A stretch of 64,000 nt of DNA from contig CM119384.1 of NCBI GenBank assembly GCA_051294905.1, positions 7,750,001 to 7,814,000 on the forward strand, written 5' to 3'. Below are positions 62,101 to 64,000 of this stretch, piece by piece. Origin of the DNA: Botryllus schlosseri (taxonomy: Eukaryota). Numbering within the stretch: the first letter of the stretch is position 1; the number at the start of each line of letters is the position of its first letter. The translations under genes were made by a program, and so were the position numbers. A model generated the notes under the pieces. It saw nothing but the letters and a program-made list of their open reading frames with translations. It had not been told where the DNA came from and ran no database searches.

Positions 62101-63824
62101 CACGTGTACTCGAGTCATTTCGCATGACTCGAGACTCGAACGACCAACACAGACATTTTGTTGTAACTTAGAAGAACAGCAAAGATATCCCATCATTGGT
62201 ATTTCCTGTTTGTAAAATAAGGCCAGAAACTGTGCAACGTGTGGAAAATTAGTATAATTATGAATGCGGGGTACCCTAATCAGTAGCCTATCATCCAGAG
62301 TTGTAAAAAACTGAGTTGAAGAAGATTGAACTCGAAAATGAACACAATGACTCGGACTCGGACTAAAGTCACAACACTGTGACTCGTACTCAACCTTTCA
62401 TCCATGACTTGGACTCGGACTTGACTCGGTGGTGAATTGAAAACGACTCGACTTTGTCAATTGGTTACAACCCTGTTGCGTACGCATACTACAGTTTAAC
62501 AACCATTGATGTAAATGTTACATGGAACGACGGCGTTGATTTTTAAAATTTTACCGCTCCTTCAATTTTGTTTTCCTAAACACTTCCAAGTTGCTCGTTT
62601 GAATAAAAAACATACCTTTTCTTTTTCTTTTTCTTCTTTTTTGACGGACTCGAGCAAGTTACCGACACGGCGTCGTCCGCCATCTGTCCATCGGCGCCCA
62701 AGGTCTCCTCGTCATTCTCGCCCAACGTTAATGAACTCATCGCGGGACACAGATTAGACGTGGTGGACACACCTCCGTCCGCGTCTCCTGGCTGCAAAGT
62801 CTTGTCGCTGCCGGCGTCTGCCTCACCGGGGTTAGCAACGTAGTCGTTTAATTTTAATTTTGACGGAAAAGATGTAGCGCTCGACATTGACGTCGAGTTT
62901 GACACCGGGTTATTGCGACTCGTGTCGAAGTTTGCTTCTTTAGCCGTTTTGAACGCGGAGCTTTGCGTTTTTATGTCGGAATTGAAAAGGTCTCCCATGA
63001 CACTGCTCGAGGAGTTGACTGCGGATATGAGGCAAATGTCTTCTTCTTCTATTGTGTTTCCGTCGTCGGAATCCTCCTCGTTTAAGTCTTCCTCGACGTC
63101 CGATTTCTCGCCATCGCTATCAGTATCGTCCTCGTTTTCATCTGAGTGTAAAAGAGAAAATTTAAAGCTCAAGGTGTACTCACTACGAAAAAGTAACAAA
63201 CTATGCAGCTGCATCGCTGGAGTCCATTCAATTTTTCTGACATGGTAAAGTATTAAAATCCACTGGATTCTCGCCTTTCTGTTGCACTTGAGAGCGTTTT
63301 ATAACACGTCAATATGGTGTCGACTCAACAAACACGGGCCAGATTAAATTTGGACAGAAAAAATTGAAAATACACGATAGGCTACCCCCCTGGCCCGGTT
63401 CTCACTAGGCACGACTTCGTACCATACCTATTTAATTTCTCTCAGGACTTCATTCATTGCAAATATAAATTAATGTGCTGCTTATCAAGAGTTGCGGTAG
63501 CATAAATGATTTGCTGTTCTGGATATGTTTACAGCAAGTTACTTGACTTAATGCATCCCTTGTAAAGTACCTGGAAAGTACTGTGAAGCGTAAAAAACGA
63601 GTGCAATGAACTGCAAGCTTTAAATAACCAGTTACGAACCTCGTTTTGACATTTACCCAACTCTCACTCACAAACTGCAAGTTCACAATCCTAACGAGTA
63701 GGCTACTGGACAGCTTTAATAAACATATCTCAGACTACAATGGGGATTTAAATTTCTTACCTTCATTCTCGCTATCTGAATTTCTCTCGTAGCAGTTGCT
63801 ACCATCCCACTGATACACAGGCAT
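48672..63824 (-). CDS. TTLL6: Tubulin polyglutamylase TTLL6/TTLL13 (14 exons, 1246 aa)
   Basis: Exons 63824-63761, 63141-62616, 61569-61529, 60624-60503, 60132-60002, 59440-59284, 58589-58446, 56767-56609, 54262-54110, 53967-53786, 53119-52931, 52085-51896, 50933-50724, 50144-48672; total 3741 nt, in frame. TTL motifs: [83 protein letters not shown]. Confidence 0.93.
50724..50933 (-). CDS. TTLL6: TTLL6 exon
   Basis: [30 protein letters not shown]|gtaagg. Confidence 0.9.
51896..52085 (-). CDS. TTLL6: TTLL6 exon
   Basis: [14 protein letters not shown]..; donor GAG|gttcgg inferred from phase. Confidence 0.75.
52931..53119 (-). CDS. TTLL6: TTLL6 exon
   Basis: [29 protein letters not shown]. 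Confidence 0.93.
53786..53967 (-). CDS. TTLL6: TTLL6 exon, catalytic E-VN and cationic MT-binding region
   Basis: [25 protein letters not shown]. Confidence 0.95.
54110..54262 (-). CDS. TTLL6: TTLL6 exon
   Basis: [35 protein letters not shown]. Confidence 0.95.
56609..56767 (-). CDS. TTLL6: TTLL6 exon
   Basis: [25 protein letters not shown]. Confidence 0.95.
58446..58589 (-). CDS. TTLL6: TTLL6 exon
   Basis: [30 protein letters not shown]. Confidence 0.95.
59284..59440 (-). CDS. TTLL6: TTLL6 exon
   Basis: [27 protein letters not shown]. Confidence 0.95.
60002..60132 (-). CDS. TTLL6: TTLL6 exon
   Basis: [30 protein letters not shown]. Confidence 0.95.
60503..60624 (-). CDS. TTLL6: TTLL6 exon
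   Basis: [31 protein letters not shown]. Confidence 0.93.
61529..61569 (-). CDS. TTLL6: TTLL6 exon
   Basis: [13 protein letters not shown]|gtgagt. Confidence 0.9.
61997..62475. mobile_element. hAT-type MITE with GACTCG/CGAGTC arrays
   Basis: TIRs CAGGGCTGTAA / TTACAACCCTG; TSD TCGCGTAC vs TTGCGTAC (7/8). Confidence 0.8.
62616..63141 (-). CDS. TTLL6: TTLL6 exon, acidic N-terminus and basic run
   Basis: [22 protein letters not shown]|gtatg. Confidence 0.85.
63761..63824 (-). CDS. TTLL6: TTLL6 first coding exon
   Basis: aca[25 protein letters not shown]|gtaaga; phase 1 fits the next exon. Confidence 0.7.
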
Positions 63825-64000
63825 TGTGATTGAATGTTCCGGTTCTTAGCCAAATATTTGTCAAGAATTCCCAAAGACACATAAATCTGTAACTCTAGGA
63901 GTACCGGTTGGTCATAGCAATAATTATTATTATCTATAAACAAAGAGTCGTAAATTCCACCACTTTGCAGGATGAGGTGGGAAACAGACCAGTCGTTGCA

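Noticed and set aside
50640-63248. Plus-strand ORFs at 50737, 51878, 52832, 62515 and 62913
   Set aside because: Antisense shadows of TTLL exons.
17010-63824. Non-canonical introns or a variant genetic code
   Set aside because: All introns used are GT-AG and the conserved domains translate cleanly with the standard code.

Overview
Eukaryotic (animal) genomic DNA with GT-AG introns. A marine invertebrate deuterostome such as a tunicate is plausible, but that is inference only. There are three protein-coding loci. (1) An insulin/IGF receptor tyrosine kinase on + (25 coding exons, 17010-34773, from the Cys-rich domain to the stop). I found no signal-peptide or L1 exons, so 1-17009 is most likely the rest of a >17 kb intron. 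(2) A complete TTLL6/TTLL13-type tubulin polyglutamylase on - (ATG 63824, 14 exons, stop 48672, 1246 aa). Four more in-phase exons (47552-44911) are either an alternative C-terminus or a separate gene. (3) A two-exon, 309-aa secreted/membrane protein on - (42453-41012). It resembles the luminal GOLD domain of TMEM145 but stops after one hydrophobic segment, with no 7TM region. Non-coding DNA holds many non-autonomous hAT-type elements (several with 8-bp target-site duplications), a palindromic MITE family, tRNA-derived SINEs and decayed LINE remnants. I saw no transposase ORF, CRISPR array or intact RNA gene. Best leads: the 7TM-less TMEM145-like gene; a 60-nt frame-preserving receptor exon at the position of mammalian INSR exon 11 that supplies the P4 Arg of the furin site; and the two alternative TTLL tails. 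Homology calls come from manual translation and recalled family motifs, not database searches.
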